Source: Octopus sinensis (lineage: Eukaryota). From it: a DNA stretch of 64,000 nucleotides. Below the pieces are notes generated by a model. It did not search any database and was not told the origin of the DNA. It saw nothing but the letters and a program-made list of their open reading frames with translations. The stretch lies in the NCBI RefSeq assembly GCF_006345805.1, contig NC_043000.1, positions 56,358,001 to 56,422,000 of the forward strand. Reading direction: 5' to 3'. Shown piece by piece: positions 41,250 to 55,068 of the stretch. Both the position numbers and the translations under genes were made by a program. Numbering within the stretch: position 1 is the first letter of the stretch; each line of letters starts with the position of its first letter.

Positions 41250-41460
41250 TTGTGTGTCTGTATTTGTCCCCCTAGCATTGCTTGACAACTGATGCTGGTG
41301 TGTTTACGTCTCCGTCACTTAGCGATTCGGCAAAAGAGACCGATAGAATAAGTACTGGGCTTACAAAGAATAAGTCCCGGGGTCGATTTGCTCGACTAAA
41401 GGCGGTGCTCCAGCATGGCCGCAGTCAAATGACTGAAACAAGTAAAAGAGTAAAGAGAGA
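41043..41460 (+). mobile_element. Full-length family-A SINE
   Basis: GGCGCAGGAGTGGCTGTGTGGTAAG head (A box), GGTTC..GTCCC (B box) and the 3' end AAGTAAAAGAG. Confidence 0.9.
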
Positions 41461-42882
41461 ATATCTTTTGAAAAGACAGAATGGAAACAACCAGAATGTA
41501 TTTAAGGAAAGGTATGCTCGATCAAAGCTTACCTTGGGTTAAATAACAACAATAAAATTGCTCTTGTTGTTGTTGTGCATCTGACAGTCAGCTTTGACTG
41601 AGCAAGCCTACAATCAAATATATTGTGGTCATGACTGTCTTTTTCATTTTCGCAAGTATTGCCTTGACTGGCTTCTGGGAGGGTGGCACGTAAAAAGCAC
41701 CAACCAATCATGGCCAGTGCCAGCCTCCCCTGGCACCTGTGCCGGTGGCATGTAGAAAGCACCCACTACACTCACAAAGTGGTTGGTGTTAGGAAGGGCA
41801 TCCAGCTGTAAAAACACTGCCAGATCAGACTGGAGCCTGGTGCAGCCTTCTGGCTTCCCAGACCCCGGTCGAACCATCCAACCCATGCTAGCATGGAAAA
41901 CGGACGTTAAACGATGATGATGATGATGATTGCATATCTTGAAATACATTGTTCAATGTGTCCCTTCCTTTTCAAGACATCAGCAGTGTATTTTGAGAAC
42001 TATATGGCTACTATTTCTAGCATTCACAGTGATCACATGGAGATTCCCTTTTGGCTTATGAACAATAAATTGACTTTTGATGCTTGGTTGCCAACCAGTT
42101 GCAGTGTCTCCTATGAAATCAACAGATATTCTCACTAAATGATGCAATTATTCTTCTCCACTGCAGACAGCAGTAGATGCTTCAATGACAAAACAGAATT
42201 GATGGTAAATTAGAGGTAATATGCCTTTGGCTATTATTACAGTAAATTTCTCATGACTAAAGGCTGTATGCAAAACTTGAGGGTGAATGGCTGAGTCAAC
42301 AGGACACCAGCTGCAATGAGCATATAGAGGTCAGTGTTTTATATCTTGTCTTTGACATTGAATGCGTCTGGTTCTCTAAGTGAGAAGGTATGTTTGTAAG
42401 TACACACACACATATATACATACACACACTTATATTACTGGTGTGCTAGTGGTACATGGTTTCATTGTTATAATTTGCTATAGAGCATATGTATAGATTT
42501 ATTAACTAACACCGTAAGTTCCAATGAATGTAAATTATATACTTCTTGTCATTGATCTTCTGTTTGTTTCAGTCACAGAACTGTGGCTATGCTGAGGCAC
42601 TACCTTCCATAAAATATATCTATGGATATGAATATATTGTATAGATATCTCATCTATATTTCTTGTAACAAAGTGTTGCATACACTCTCTCATGCACACA
42701 TATGTCTATACAATGGATATCTTGCAGTTTCCATCTCCCAAATCCATTCATGCACCTTTGGTCAGCCTGGGACTGTAGTAGAAGGCAAGACACTTGCCCA
42801 AGGTGCCACACAGTGGGACTAAGCCAAGGACCATATGGTTGGGAAGCAAACTTCTTAACAGACATTTAAACTTGTAAGTGTA

Positions 42883-42899
<17 letters not shown>

Positions 42900-42946
<47 letters not shown>

Positions 42947-43812
42947 TATAGTTATTCCTTATAGCTAATTTTTGTTGCAATTATACACACATACACACAC
43001 ATCACACCACATCAATCATATGGTAGGATTCCATACAGTTTCTATTTACCAAACCAAATTTCATTCACACAACAGCGGTCAGCTCAAGATTATTTCTGAG
43101 GACAATTGCTCAAAGCACCATGCAGTAGAACTGAATTCTAAATATGGTTATAAAGTAAAATTTTTAATCACTCAGTGATGCTTGCATATAAATTCTTATA
43201 CTTTTACTTGTTTCAGTCATTTGACTGTGGCCATGCTGAAGCATCACCATGAAGATATTTTAGTCAAACAAATCGACCCCAGGGTTAATATCTTAAGCCT
43301 AGTACTTATTCTACCAGTCTCTTTCACCAAACTGCTAACTACATGGATGTGAACACAACATCAGTTGTCAAGCAGTGACAAACATAGGCACAAAGACACA
43401 CACATATATATATATGGTGGGCTTCTTTCAGTTTCTTCTACTAAATCCACTCAGAAGTCTTTTGTTGGCTCAAGGTTAAAGTAGAAGATACTTACCCACA
43501 GTGCCACACAGTGGGACTGAACTTAGAACCATGTGGTTGGGAAGCAAGCTTCTTACTATACAGCCTATTAATACTGAACAGTGAGAATAACTGCTCAGCA
43601 CAGCAGTTGTGGATAACTATTCTATATTTGTGAGTTAACCAGGTTACCATTGGTTTCATGCTAAGGGGCATCACACCAATGGGAGCCTGGTTAACTCATA
43701 AATAAAGTATATATATATATATTATATATATATTATATATATAATAATAAAAATAGGGAATAATCCAAATACAGGGAAAAATCAGATTTGTGGTTTGTCT
43801 CGAATAATATTT

Positions 43813-43873
<61 letters not shown>

Positions 43874-44631
43874 TATAGTTATTCCTTATAGCTAATTTTT
43901 GTTGCAATTATACACACATACACACACATCACACACATCAATCATATGGTAGGATTCCATACAGTTTCTATTTACCAAACCAAATTCATTCACACAACGC
44001 GGTCAGCTCAAGATTATTTCTGAGGACAATTGCTCAAAGCACCATGCAGTAGAACTGAATTCTAAATATGGTTATAAAGTAAAATTTTTAATCACTCAGT
44101 GATGCTTGCATATAAATTCTTATACTTTTACTTGTTTCAGTCATTTGACTGTGGCCATGCTGAAGCATCACCATGAAGATATTTTAGTCAAACAAATCGA
44201 CCCCAGGGTTAATATCTTAAGCCTAGTACTTATTCTACCAGTCTCTTTCACCAAACTGCTAACTTACATGGATGTGAACACAACATCAGTTGTCAAGCAG
44301 TGACAAACATAGGCACAAAGACACACACATATATATATATGGTGGGCTTCTTTCAGTTTCTTCTACTAAATCCACTCAGAAGTCTTTTGTTGGCTCAAGG
44401 TTAAAGTAGAAGATACTTACCCACAGTGCCACACAGTGGGACTGAACTTAGAACCATGTGGTTGGGAAGCAAGCTTCTTACTATACAGCCTATTAATACT
44501 GAACAGTGAGAATAACTGCTCAGCACAGCAGTTGTGGATAACTATTCTATATTTGTGAGTTAACCAGGTTACCATTGGTTTCATGCTAAGGGGCATCACA
44601 CCAATGGGAGCCTGGTTAACTCATAAATAAA

Positions 44632-44670
<39 letters not shown>
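42900..44670. repeat. Tandem duplication, period ~925-929 bp
   Basis: GTTATTCCTT at 42951/43880 and GGGAGCCTGG at 43681/44606. Junctions are in (TA)n/(CA)n. Confidence 0.95.
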
Positions 44671-44672
<2 letters not shown>

Positions 44673-44679
44673 TAATCCA

Positions 44680-44885
44680 AACATGAAAACACAAAGAGAA
44701 AACACAACAACGCAAGGACGTGGAACAAGTATAGTGCTATTGGAGGCTCAGGAAAGGAAAGAAAGAAGGAGGATTTAACGTTTTGAGCGGAGCTCTTCAT
44801 CAGAAACACAGAAAAAGAAAGATCCAAGGAAGGGAAGATGAAGGGAAAAAAATCGCCAATGATACACACGTGGTCACATATTGAA
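44680..44885 (-). mobile_element. Short PLE-derived terminal fragment with a mutated minimal hammerhead
   Basis: Minus strand reads GTTT-CTGATGA-AGAGC-TCC-GCTC-AAAAC-GTT-AAA (44774-44807). GAAAC is changed to AAAAC, and stem III is the palindrome AACGTT. Flanked by (TA)n on both sides. Confidence 0.6.
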
Positions 44886-45678
44886 TATATATATATATAT
44901 ATAACCTTTACAGTAACAACAATAATTGCCAATAGAAGTGTATCTATAAATGTTGATGATCTATACAACATTCATGATGATAAAACAATGTCATTATATG
45001 ACATACCCTGACAGGAATTAAAATAAAGGTAGTAAGTTTGGATTTTTTTGTCTTTTGTTAGGTTTTTTTTTGCTTTTTTTTGTTGCTGCTAGACCTTGCT
45101 AACAGTGACTAGCAATTTTGTGAGTAACAATTTGGAATCCGAGCCACAGGGAGCTAAAGGATATTACAAGTACTACCAATATTTATCCCTAATGTGTGTC
45201 ATATTAATAAGTGAAATAATGCATGAACATAGAACAATGTATTGTTAAGCTATTGGTAAGTTATCGTCTTAGCAGGTTGTGGCTCTCACTGAGTATTAAT
45301 AAACTGAAGGTAAATCATTAAATTTTTACATTAAAAATGTTCTAATGTCAAAGATACATAACAACTTTGACCCCAAAATTCTGAAAAACAAATAAACATA
45401 AAAAACAAATATCAGTTCTTCCACATGCTAAGATATTTTGTTAGTGTCTTTGTAACATGTAGATCCAGTATGATTTTCAGCTTTTAGTTCGATAGCACAG
45501 AGACATGGTAAATTTAGCAAATTTAGCACAGATAACCAGGTTCTTTGGAGAAAATTGGCTAATGAAATGTTACCTTTCCCCTGTAGGAAGCATGATACCT
45601 TTTCAAGACTTATTTCAGGAGGAAAAACATCTTCAATGACAATGATAATAATAATAACCATCATCATCATCATCATCA

Positions 45679-45721
<43 letters not shown>

Positions 45722-45730
45722 CATTATTAT

Positions 45731-46519
45731 TTCAAGAGTCACTTGAAAAGGAAAGTGAGGGTGGAGAGGAAAGTGTCGCCTTCTAGCAAGTTTATCAAAA
45801 GGTGAGTGAATGTTGGAAGAACGGTCAATGTGAAAGAGCCAGTTCTGAGTATACACATGTGAAGAAATAAAAGAAGGGCTCTTGCTCTGTTGGTCAGGTA
45901 CCCATGGGTTTTTCCACGAGTACCTTTAAAGTACCTCCCCTTTTGGGAGTTTTATATTGTTTAATTTTGATTGTTTTTATTGCTTATATGCAGTAAAACC
46001 CTTTGTATTGTCTTGTGCTGCCTTTTATGTTGTTTCATGTCTTTTATGTTTATTTATATTAGCCCCTGTAGCCAATAAAAGAATAAATCATCATCATCAT
46101 CATCATTATATTATTATTATTATATTATTATTATTATTATCATTATTATTTCAAGAGTCACTTGAAAAGGAAAGTGAGGGTGGAGAGGAAAGTGTCGCCT
46201 TCTAGCAAGTTTATCAAAAGGTGAGTGAATGTTGGAAGAACGGTCAATGTGAAAGAGCCAGTTCTGAGTATACACATGTGAAGAAATAAAAGAAGGGCTC
46301 TTGCTCTGTTGGTCAGGTACCCATGGGTTTTTCCACGAGTACCTTTAAAGTACCTCCCCTTTTGGGAGTTTTATATTGTTTAATTTTGATTGTTTTTATT
46401 GCTTATATGCAGTAAAACCCTTTGTATTGTCTTGTGCTGCCTTTTATGTTGTTTCATGTCTTTTATGTTTATTTATATTAGCCCCTGTAGCCAATAAAAG
46501 AATAAATCATCATCATCAA

Positions 46520-46520
<1 letters not shown>
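45731..46520 (+). mobile_element. L1/Tx1-like LINE 3' end present as two tandem copies (period 419 bp)
   Basis: FKSHLKRKVRVERKVSPSSKFIKR[TGA for W]VNVGRTVNVKEPVLSIHM*, followed by a T-rich UTR, AATAAA and a (CAT)n/(ATT)n tail. TTCAAGAGTC occurs at 45731 and 46150. Confidence 0.6.
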
Positions 46521-46564
<44 letters not shown>

Positions 46565-46565
<1 letters not shown>

Positions 46566-47126
46566 GAGTGAGAGAGCAGTGCATGCCATCAAAGTGACAC
46601 CGGGGTAAAATATACGAAGCCCAGTATACCCATCATGACTACCCGTCTGATAAGGGTACACTAGGCACATGCATCACAACCATATGTGCGTGACATGGTG
46701 ATCTCATATCAAGATAAACAGCGCATGACCTTGCAGGTGGGGCCCATTTAGAATTTTCTTCTGGTCAAGTAGCCCATCCCACTCAAAAGTTCCCTGAATA
46801 AGGGTTGTTTAAGGATGTTGAACGAAACACCCATGTTTCCAAAGGTGAATTATTCAAACCCCAAAGAATCCCTCTCAACACACGGCTATGATGCTCCCCC
46901 ACTACTTCTGCTTGTGATCAGAGATGCACATATCGCCAGCCACTAAGGGACATGCTCAACTGGTTACGGTCAAACAACTGACAAGCAAATCTGTGGTATT
47001 GAGCAGAATATTTGCTGTAGCTCATCTTTGATACAACGGGCTACAGCAAATATTCTGCTCAATACCACAGATTTGCTTGTCAGTTGTTTGACATTAACCA
47101 GTTGAGCATGTCCCTTAGTGGCTGGC
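46565..47126 (+). mobile_element. Family C repeat whose 3' part is replaced by a fold-back inversion
   Basis: 46935-47021 is reverse-complemented at 47040-47126. Confidence 0.85.
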
Positions 47127-47879
47127 AATTATTATTATTATTATTATTATCATTATTATTATTATTATTATTATTTAACATCTATTTTCCATGCAGACAT
47201 AGTTTGACCAGAGCTGGCAAGCAGAAGAGCTGTACCAGGTTCCAGTTTGATTTGGCCTGGTTTCTATGGTTGGATGCCCTTCCTAATGCCAATCCCTTTA
47301 CAGAGTGTGCTGAGTGCTTTTTACTCAGCACCAACATGGGTGCATTTGCATGGTGCTGAAACAAGCACTATTATATAGCACCGGCACGTGTGCTTTTTAC
47401 ATACCACCGGCAAATAAAAATATGGCTATTTTTACTCAGTTCTTCTTCCAAATAACAAGGAGTTTATACTTTGGTTGGTTCCTATATCTGAGTTACATAG
47501 CATTTAAAAATATGAGAGAGATAAACAGCTTACATGTAAGACATTCGTTTATGATACATATCTTCAAATAATGGAGGAAATATGCATGACAGCAAACTAC
47601 AAATTCATTTTACAATGCAGACAATATTAAAAGTGGTAAGATTTCTGCAAACATGATACTTTCTTAACTTAGAGAGCTGAATGGATTTAGTGGCAGAGAT
47701 AAGTAACAAAGCATTGACCTCCATATTAGTTAACAAGTAGGTGGCATCCTGTGGAGTCATCTCTCTGCTCTCAAGTTAAGAAATTCCACGTAGATGTTGA
47801 GATACAAGAGACAGAGAGAGAGAGAGAGAGAGAGCAGGTGACCAAACTTATCTATATATGTAATAACAAACAAATGCAT

Positions 47880-47916
47880 ACATGCATATATATATACATA
47901 TATATAATATATATAC

Positions 47917-48002
<86 letters not shown>

Positions 48003-48295
48003 CGACCTCGAACACACAAGTGCAAACAAGGAGTCAGAGAAAGGGGCAGAATGCTACTTATATCTGAACACTACTACAGAAATATTCTTTTAAAAACTTT
48101 TTCTTCTAATTTTTCTAAATTTAATTATTTAATCGTTACAGTTGAAAAGGTCTCAAAATGAACTGAAACCGGTACTGAAAGATTCACTATAAAATCAATC
48201 CTTAGCATTTTCTATTTTTGACTTGTTTTTTCATATATATATAGATATATATCTATATATATAATTACTATATATATACATATATATATATATAT

Positions 48296-48354
<59 letters not shown>

Positions 48355-49167
48355 ATATATATGCATGTATGCACATATATATACATATATGTGTGTGTGT
48401 GTGTGTATGAGGCCATAATAAAAAAAAAAAGATATTTCAGTGTAGTGTTTTACAGCTAAAGGTTACATAGTTCTTGCAAGGGAAACTTTCAAATCATTGT
48501 GATAACCCGTGTCACCCTCCACACCCTGATACAACTGTAAAAGACTGCATTTTTCTCAAAGTAGCAGTGGAGAGGTGGCAGATAAAGAAGGTGTGTTATT
48601 TGATTTTCCTAGAAGACAAATAAAAATTAAAAATAAAAATAAATGAATAAATAAGAAGAAAAAACAACAAAAACAAAAATGAAATAGGCATCAACAGAAC
48701 AACACTAGGAATCATCCAGTATTGATAACATCTTAGAGAGCAGATGGTATTAATCTGAATTTCATTACTTTAAGTTCTATGCTTTATGTTAAAATATATA
48801 AAAATATGTACACACATACATATCTACCCACATTTATGTATGTGTGTGTAAGTAATTGTGTGTATGTGTGTGTGTAAGTGGGGGAGTGTTGAAATTTATA
48901 TTATATATATATATGTGTATGTCTGTGTATATATATATATTGTATATACTATATACATATTATATATATGTATGTATATATATATAATATATATGGATCT
49001 ATATGTTTATATATATGTGTGCTGTGGTGAATGTATATAATGTTGTATGTGTTACAATAAAATATAAAATATAATAACCTATAAGATATAATATATAATA
49101 ATATATATATCAATATAATATATATTATATATATATATACATATATATAGGTATATATATTATATAC

Positions 49168-49202
<35 letters not shown>

Positions 49203-49901
49203 TGTATGGTATGTATGTGTGTATATATATATATAAATATATGTACATACACATACACATATGCCAACATACACACACATGCATGCATAGAGATCCACAA
49301 ATATATACAATCATATATTCGTAAACACACACACACACACACACATACATATATATATGTATGTATAGAATAAGTGTCTGAGTTTTAGAAATATTTCTTT
49401 TTTTCTTTTTTTTCCCCCAACTTTCCCCTCTTGTTCCTTATCGTAAGGTAAAATAATGACACTGTAGATAGAACCATCTTTCTGCCATGCAATTACATTA
49501 ATATTTCTAAGCTTTTCGGCTGCATACAAGAGATGTAAGCACATAATTTACCTTCTACCGACCACTACCTCTCTTTCTCTTCTTCTTCTTATTCTCAATA
49601 CTTCCATCATTCTGTGTTCCCCCCCTACCCCCCCCCCCCTCTCTCTCTTATTCTCTCTTTTTTTGCTCCAACAATCTATCTAACATCAGTAGTTTTGCTT
49701 CTTTTCGCCACTCCAGACAAAATACATTCATACATGCAAGTTCACAATATTTTTACCATACAACCAAGCTTCAGCACTCAATCATCATTTCGAACTCTGT
49801 TGACCTGCTTTGAATTGTGTCTGTTCTTATATCTATATTTATCCATTCATATTTGTTGATTTATATACACATCTATCTATCTACCTATCTATCTATCTAT
49901 C

Positions 49902-49951
<50 letters not shown>

Positions 49952-50045
49952 ATATATATATATATGTATATTTATATATGTATATAGATATACACATACA
50001 CATATATATATCTATATATTTATTATATATATATATTAAATATAT

Positions 50046-50087
<42 letters not shown>

Positions 50088-50347
50088 CATATACTATATG
50101 TGTGTACATATATATATATGCATGTGTGCATGTATAATATATGTATATATATATATATATACATATATATACACACACACACTCAAATATGTATATGTAT
50201 GCATACAAATACACATGCATACTTACCACACATCTGTATGTGTACACATGTGTATGCATAAACATATACACAGAACACATACACATATATATAATATATA
50301 TATGTGTATGTGTGTGTGTATACGTTTATGCAAACACATGTGCACTC

Positions 50348-50402
<55 letters not shown>

Positions 50403-50470
50403 TATATATATGTGTGTTGTGTTGTGTATGATAAATGAATATATATATATATATACATGTGTACACACAT
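47880..50470. repeat. Region dominated by (TA)n, (CA)n and (ATCT)n microsatellites
   Basis: Direct reading. It is the source of the Ile/Tyr-rich ORFs. Confidence 0.9.
48001..48232 (+). mobile_element. Short PLE-derived fragment with a decayed minimal hammerhead
   Basis: CAG-TTGAAAA-GGTCTC-AAAAT-GAACT-GAAAC-CG-GTA-CTG at 48139-48177, with palindromic stem III ACCGGT and a GUA site; core positions C3 and G8 are mutated. Flanked by (TA)n. Confidence 0.5.
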
Positions 50471-52045
50471 ATATATACTCAGTATGTGTGCACATGTGTG
50501 CTAAAAATGTCAAAAGAAGGAACAAAAGAAAATAAGACCTCTACATATTTATTGGTTAAAAAAAAACAAAAAATCTAAAACTCTGAAGAGAAGCTTTAAT
50601 TCTTCTTCTTTTTCAATGAAGGGCTGAGATCGTTATTCATCATTATTCCAATAGCTTTTCTGGCCTGTCTATTCATCTGTATGTCTGTTCTTCTAACTAC
50701 CTATTTATCTAACAATCTAGTTCCATGCTGCTACCAAAACCTCTCTCTCTTTCTTTTTTTATTTCCTCACTGGCTCTTTTTACCCCTTTCACACTCTCTT
50801 ACACGTCTCTTCTCTCATTTGTCTCTCTTTTCTTTCATACTAACACACACACACACACACACGCACACACATGATAACAAAGCTTTTCATATGGAATATC
50901 AGATATGCACACACAGGTTTACTTTCACTATTACAAACACACACTGCTAACACAGCCATAGTCATTGCAAACATACCCAGACAACGAATAACATAACATA
51001 CACACGCATACAAAAACAAAGAATTCATTTTCATTTCTATGAGTGCTTTTGTTTTTGCATATATCTTGACTGCTTTTATTTTTATCAATTTTTCTTTAAT
51101 GCTTGTTTTACCATTTATATTTACCGTTTCTCTTTTTTCCTTTCTTTTCTGTTCGCATTAGACACAACATAACTTACATCAATATTATTATATATAAGAA
51201 GATCACCACCAATAAGAAAACAAAAAACTTCTACACGTCCAACACTAATCCTTAATTTTTCTTGAAAGTATGTCATCAAATTTGATGTGAATGATGATAA
51301 TTAAGTGAATGAAATATCAGATGAGTGAGTGGGAGAGTGAGTGAATACATATATAAATAAGAAAGAATTCAATCTATAACATACATGGCAAACAACACAA
51401 CATGGGATGTAAGCTCAACACACAATCAATTCCCCAATGCAGCTTTACTTTACTCCACATCTCCTAATTTATTTTCAGGTCATCTTTGAGATTAATCTTT
51501 TCCTTTCATCTTTTCGGGGTCAATTTATTGCTATTAGCCAAGCTCAGAATGAACCAAGGATGCATCACAACCTTTCTGAGAGGGATAAATATTCCAGCAT
51601 TGAGAGGAAATAGAAGAGTCAGTGTGTAACATTCAAACTGATATTCCCAGGATGGTCATCCAGATTCTCAATAGTGTCTTTACCTCACAATGTACATATA
51701 TCAGTACTATATATAGAAGTACCAGTTTAGAGCGATAGATTGATGGAATTCATAGTATAATCAGACAAGATGGTTTCGTGAAATGATGTGAAATACACAT
51801 TCATGGACAACTTCTGATTTTCCATTATCAAAATAAGAGAAAAAACTTTCATCAACAGGAACTTTCTAGGTGCAGTTCTATGGTCTATGAGGCACAAAAT
51901 TTAGTTTTATTGTGTAGTATATACACATATTTCTTTATCTGTGTGTGTGTGTGTGTGTGCGAGCATGAATGTGTGTGTGCACGTGTATATATATATGTAT
52001 GGTATGTGCATGTGTGCTTGAGGAGGTATACCTAGTAGTGAAGTA

Positions 52046-53209
52046 TCTTTATATATATAAAACTGAGAATGTGTGTCTGTCTGTCTGTGTGTTTCCCTAA
52101 AACTTGAGAACTACACAACCAATTTCATTCAAATTTTACACATGCCTTACTTAGGGTCCGGGGAATGTCATCGGCAAAAACAATTTTGAACTTTTTGCCT
52201 AGGGTGAGCCCACAGCAATATCATATCTTCTCCACTACGATTCCCTAAAACTTGAGAACTACACAACGAATTCCATTCAAATTTTACACATGCCTTACTT
52301 AGGGTCCATGTAGTTTCATGGGCAAAAAAAAAATGTTCAACTTCTTGCCTAGAGTGAGCCCATAGCAATATCATATCTTCTCCACTATTTCAGTATTACA
52401 TGTTAAAAATGAAACAAAAACATTTCTCTATTTTATGTCAGATACTTTCACTTTAACAACAAAAATAATAATAACAATTGAATTATATGTAGTAAGTAAT
52501 AATTAAAATCAAACTAAAGTATAATATAATCGTAACATAACAAAAGTAAAAATAGCAATTGGTATAAAATTGCATCAATGACTTGAACTTGAATAAGTGG
52601 TTTCACATGAATGGGAATAAATTAAAAATAAAATTAGCATGCAGAAATGGAATAGTCCAGATGGATAATAAAAAATTAAATTAAAGAAAAGACTATTGTC
52701 TATAAAGTATACAATATAGAGAAAAAAGAAGATTTGAACACATGGAGGAAAGCACCTTCAAAAAATGTCTTGGTGCGACTATGAAAGGTATCTAATCAGA
52801 GGCAGTAAATTCGCCACAATAGAAGCAAGGTTCGAGTCAACGGAGTGTGCAAGGGAGTACTTGACTCGAACTTGCAAAGTGGAAATACTTTATTTTTACC
52901 TTTATATCTGGGACGTAGGATGTCCCGAAAAAAATTTGTAATGCCCCCCGAAGTAGAGGTAGGCTGGATTGTAGCCACACTTCTATACAAGAGGGAGGAC
53001 AAGATACAATTGATCGAAATTACAAGAGACGAGCTAACAATTCCAGTCTGTTATATATTTTGAGTATTCTTATCACTAGCGATATCAAGATATAACTTTG
53101 TATTTTGTATTTTATGTGTAGATGTATATATATAGATGTACATGTAATATATACACATATATACATGCACTAGCACTATGACCCAGCAACGACGGGTCTT
53201 TAATGCTAG
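52046..53209 (+). mobile_element. Non-autonomous Helitron
   Basis: 5' end A^TCTTTATATATATAAAACTGAG...(TGTC)n. 3' hairpin GACCC-AGCAACGAC-GGGTC (53180-53198) then CTAG^T (53206-53209). Internal 148-bp tandem duplication at 52093/52241. Confidence 0.8.
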
Positions 53210-54204
53210 TATATATATATCTGGTGCAGCCTTCGGGCTCCCCAGACCCCAGTTGAACCGTCCAACCCATGCTAGCATGGAAAACGGACGCTAAATGATG
53301 ATGATGATGATGATGATGATATATATATAATATAATAACAAAGATGGCTATATGCAAAATAAAATCAATAAGTAAAAAATTTAACTGTCACTAATTGTGA
53401 CTGAGGATACCAGGTAGCACCTATGTTGCTAGAAATAAGAGTTAAAGAATTCTTAGAGCAATAAGAAAGCACATTTTCATATACTGACAGGGGAGATAAC
53501 CACCCCATATTGAGCGAGATCACTATACTAGTCTAGTTTCATTTGAAAATTACAAACTCATCAGTAGAAACTACATATACATACATATATATATATGTAG
53601 GCAACTGTGCCCTTTACCAAATTTTCTTCCACCTCAAGACACCTATCCCCACCAGCCATCACTTCCAACCAGCAGTTCTGCCTTGATATCTCTGTCCTTA
53701 CTACCCAGAACCACTTCACTTACTATCCATCCTTCATCCATTAATAATGTTATCCATCCTTCATCACTACCTACACTCTCATTGATCACCTACCCCAACT
53801 GTGTCACTAAATTGTCTTTTTTCTTCCCCTTCCCCCACCACCACCATATATCACACCCACCTCAAATACACTGTGCCAACCTCCCTCTTCTCCATCCACT
53901 CTTGCAATCAACACAGCAGCATGTCATTTCACTTTGGTTCTCCTCCTGTTTACCGTATCATCATTTTTACACTGCTGCTCCAAACTATAGTTTAGTGGTT
54001 AGGGTGTTGGACACATGATCATATGATTGTGGTTTCAGTTCCTGGACTGAGTAATGCGTTGTGTTCTTGAGCAAAACACTTCATTTCACATTGCTCCAGT
54101 CCACTCCGCTTGCAAAAATGAATAATCCTGTGATAGACCAGCATCCCGTCCAGGTGGAAACTGGGAAACAGGCCCATGTGAGTTGGCATAAGTTGAGAGG
54201 GAAA

Positions 54205-54395
54205 CTACCCCACTCAATCCTTGACCTCTACCCCACTCAATCCTTGACCTCTACCCCACTCAATCCTTGACCTCTACCCCACTCAATCCTTGACCACTAC
54301 CGCACTCAATCCTTGACCACTACCCCACTCAATCCTTGACCACTACCCCACTCAATCTTTGACCTCTACCCCACTCAATCCTTCACCTCTACCCA
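54205..54395. repeat. 23-bp minisatellite, 8 copies plus a partial
   Basis: Unit CTACCCCACTCAATCCTTGACCW starting at 54205, 54228 and onward. Confidence 0.95.
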
Positions 54396-55026
54396 GCTCA
54401 TTTCTACCTACATCATATCTTGATCATCCACCCTGATACTCATCACCATTATTATACATTATTTTCTTTTATGCTTTCTGGCTTCAGCCAATCAACCCAT
54501 TCTGTCTTTTATAATATGGAACCTCTCCTGCGCTACCCTTGTTTTTCTCCAATATTTTACCTTTCTCTATTCTTCATTATCCTAGTATAAAGTTACTCCT
54601 CACTCCTCAGGATTCATCATGCTGCAAGTTGCCTGGTTACCTCATGAGTGTTGGTACTATGAAAAAAATGCACTCAGTACATGATGATGTAAAGTGATCA
54701 GCTTTATAAAGGGCATCCAGTTGTATATATGAACCCAGTACAGACAATGAAGTACAGTGCAGTCTTTGGGCTTATTAGATCCTGTCAAATGTCTAACCCA
54801 TGCTAGCATGGAACATAGACTTTAAATGATGATGATGATAATGATGATGATGATGGTGGTGGTAGTGGAGGTGGTGGTGATGGTGGTGGTGGTGTTGGTG
54901 GTGGTGATGATCATGTGTGTGTACATGCACACCATAAAAATGATTAACTACATATCTATATTTATATACATATATATGTATGTCTATATAATATATTACA
55001 GATATATATAAATATATATATGTATA

Positions 55027-55068
<42 letters not shown>

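Noticed and set aside
45555-45650. Apparent terminal exon after TTTCCCCTGTAG
   Set aside because: The sequence resembles the reverse-strand RTE-tail repeat also seen at 1-90.
54205-54395. CRISPR-like appearance of regular short repeats
   Set aside because: The units are directly adjacent with no unique spacers, the context is eukaryotic, and there are no cas genes.
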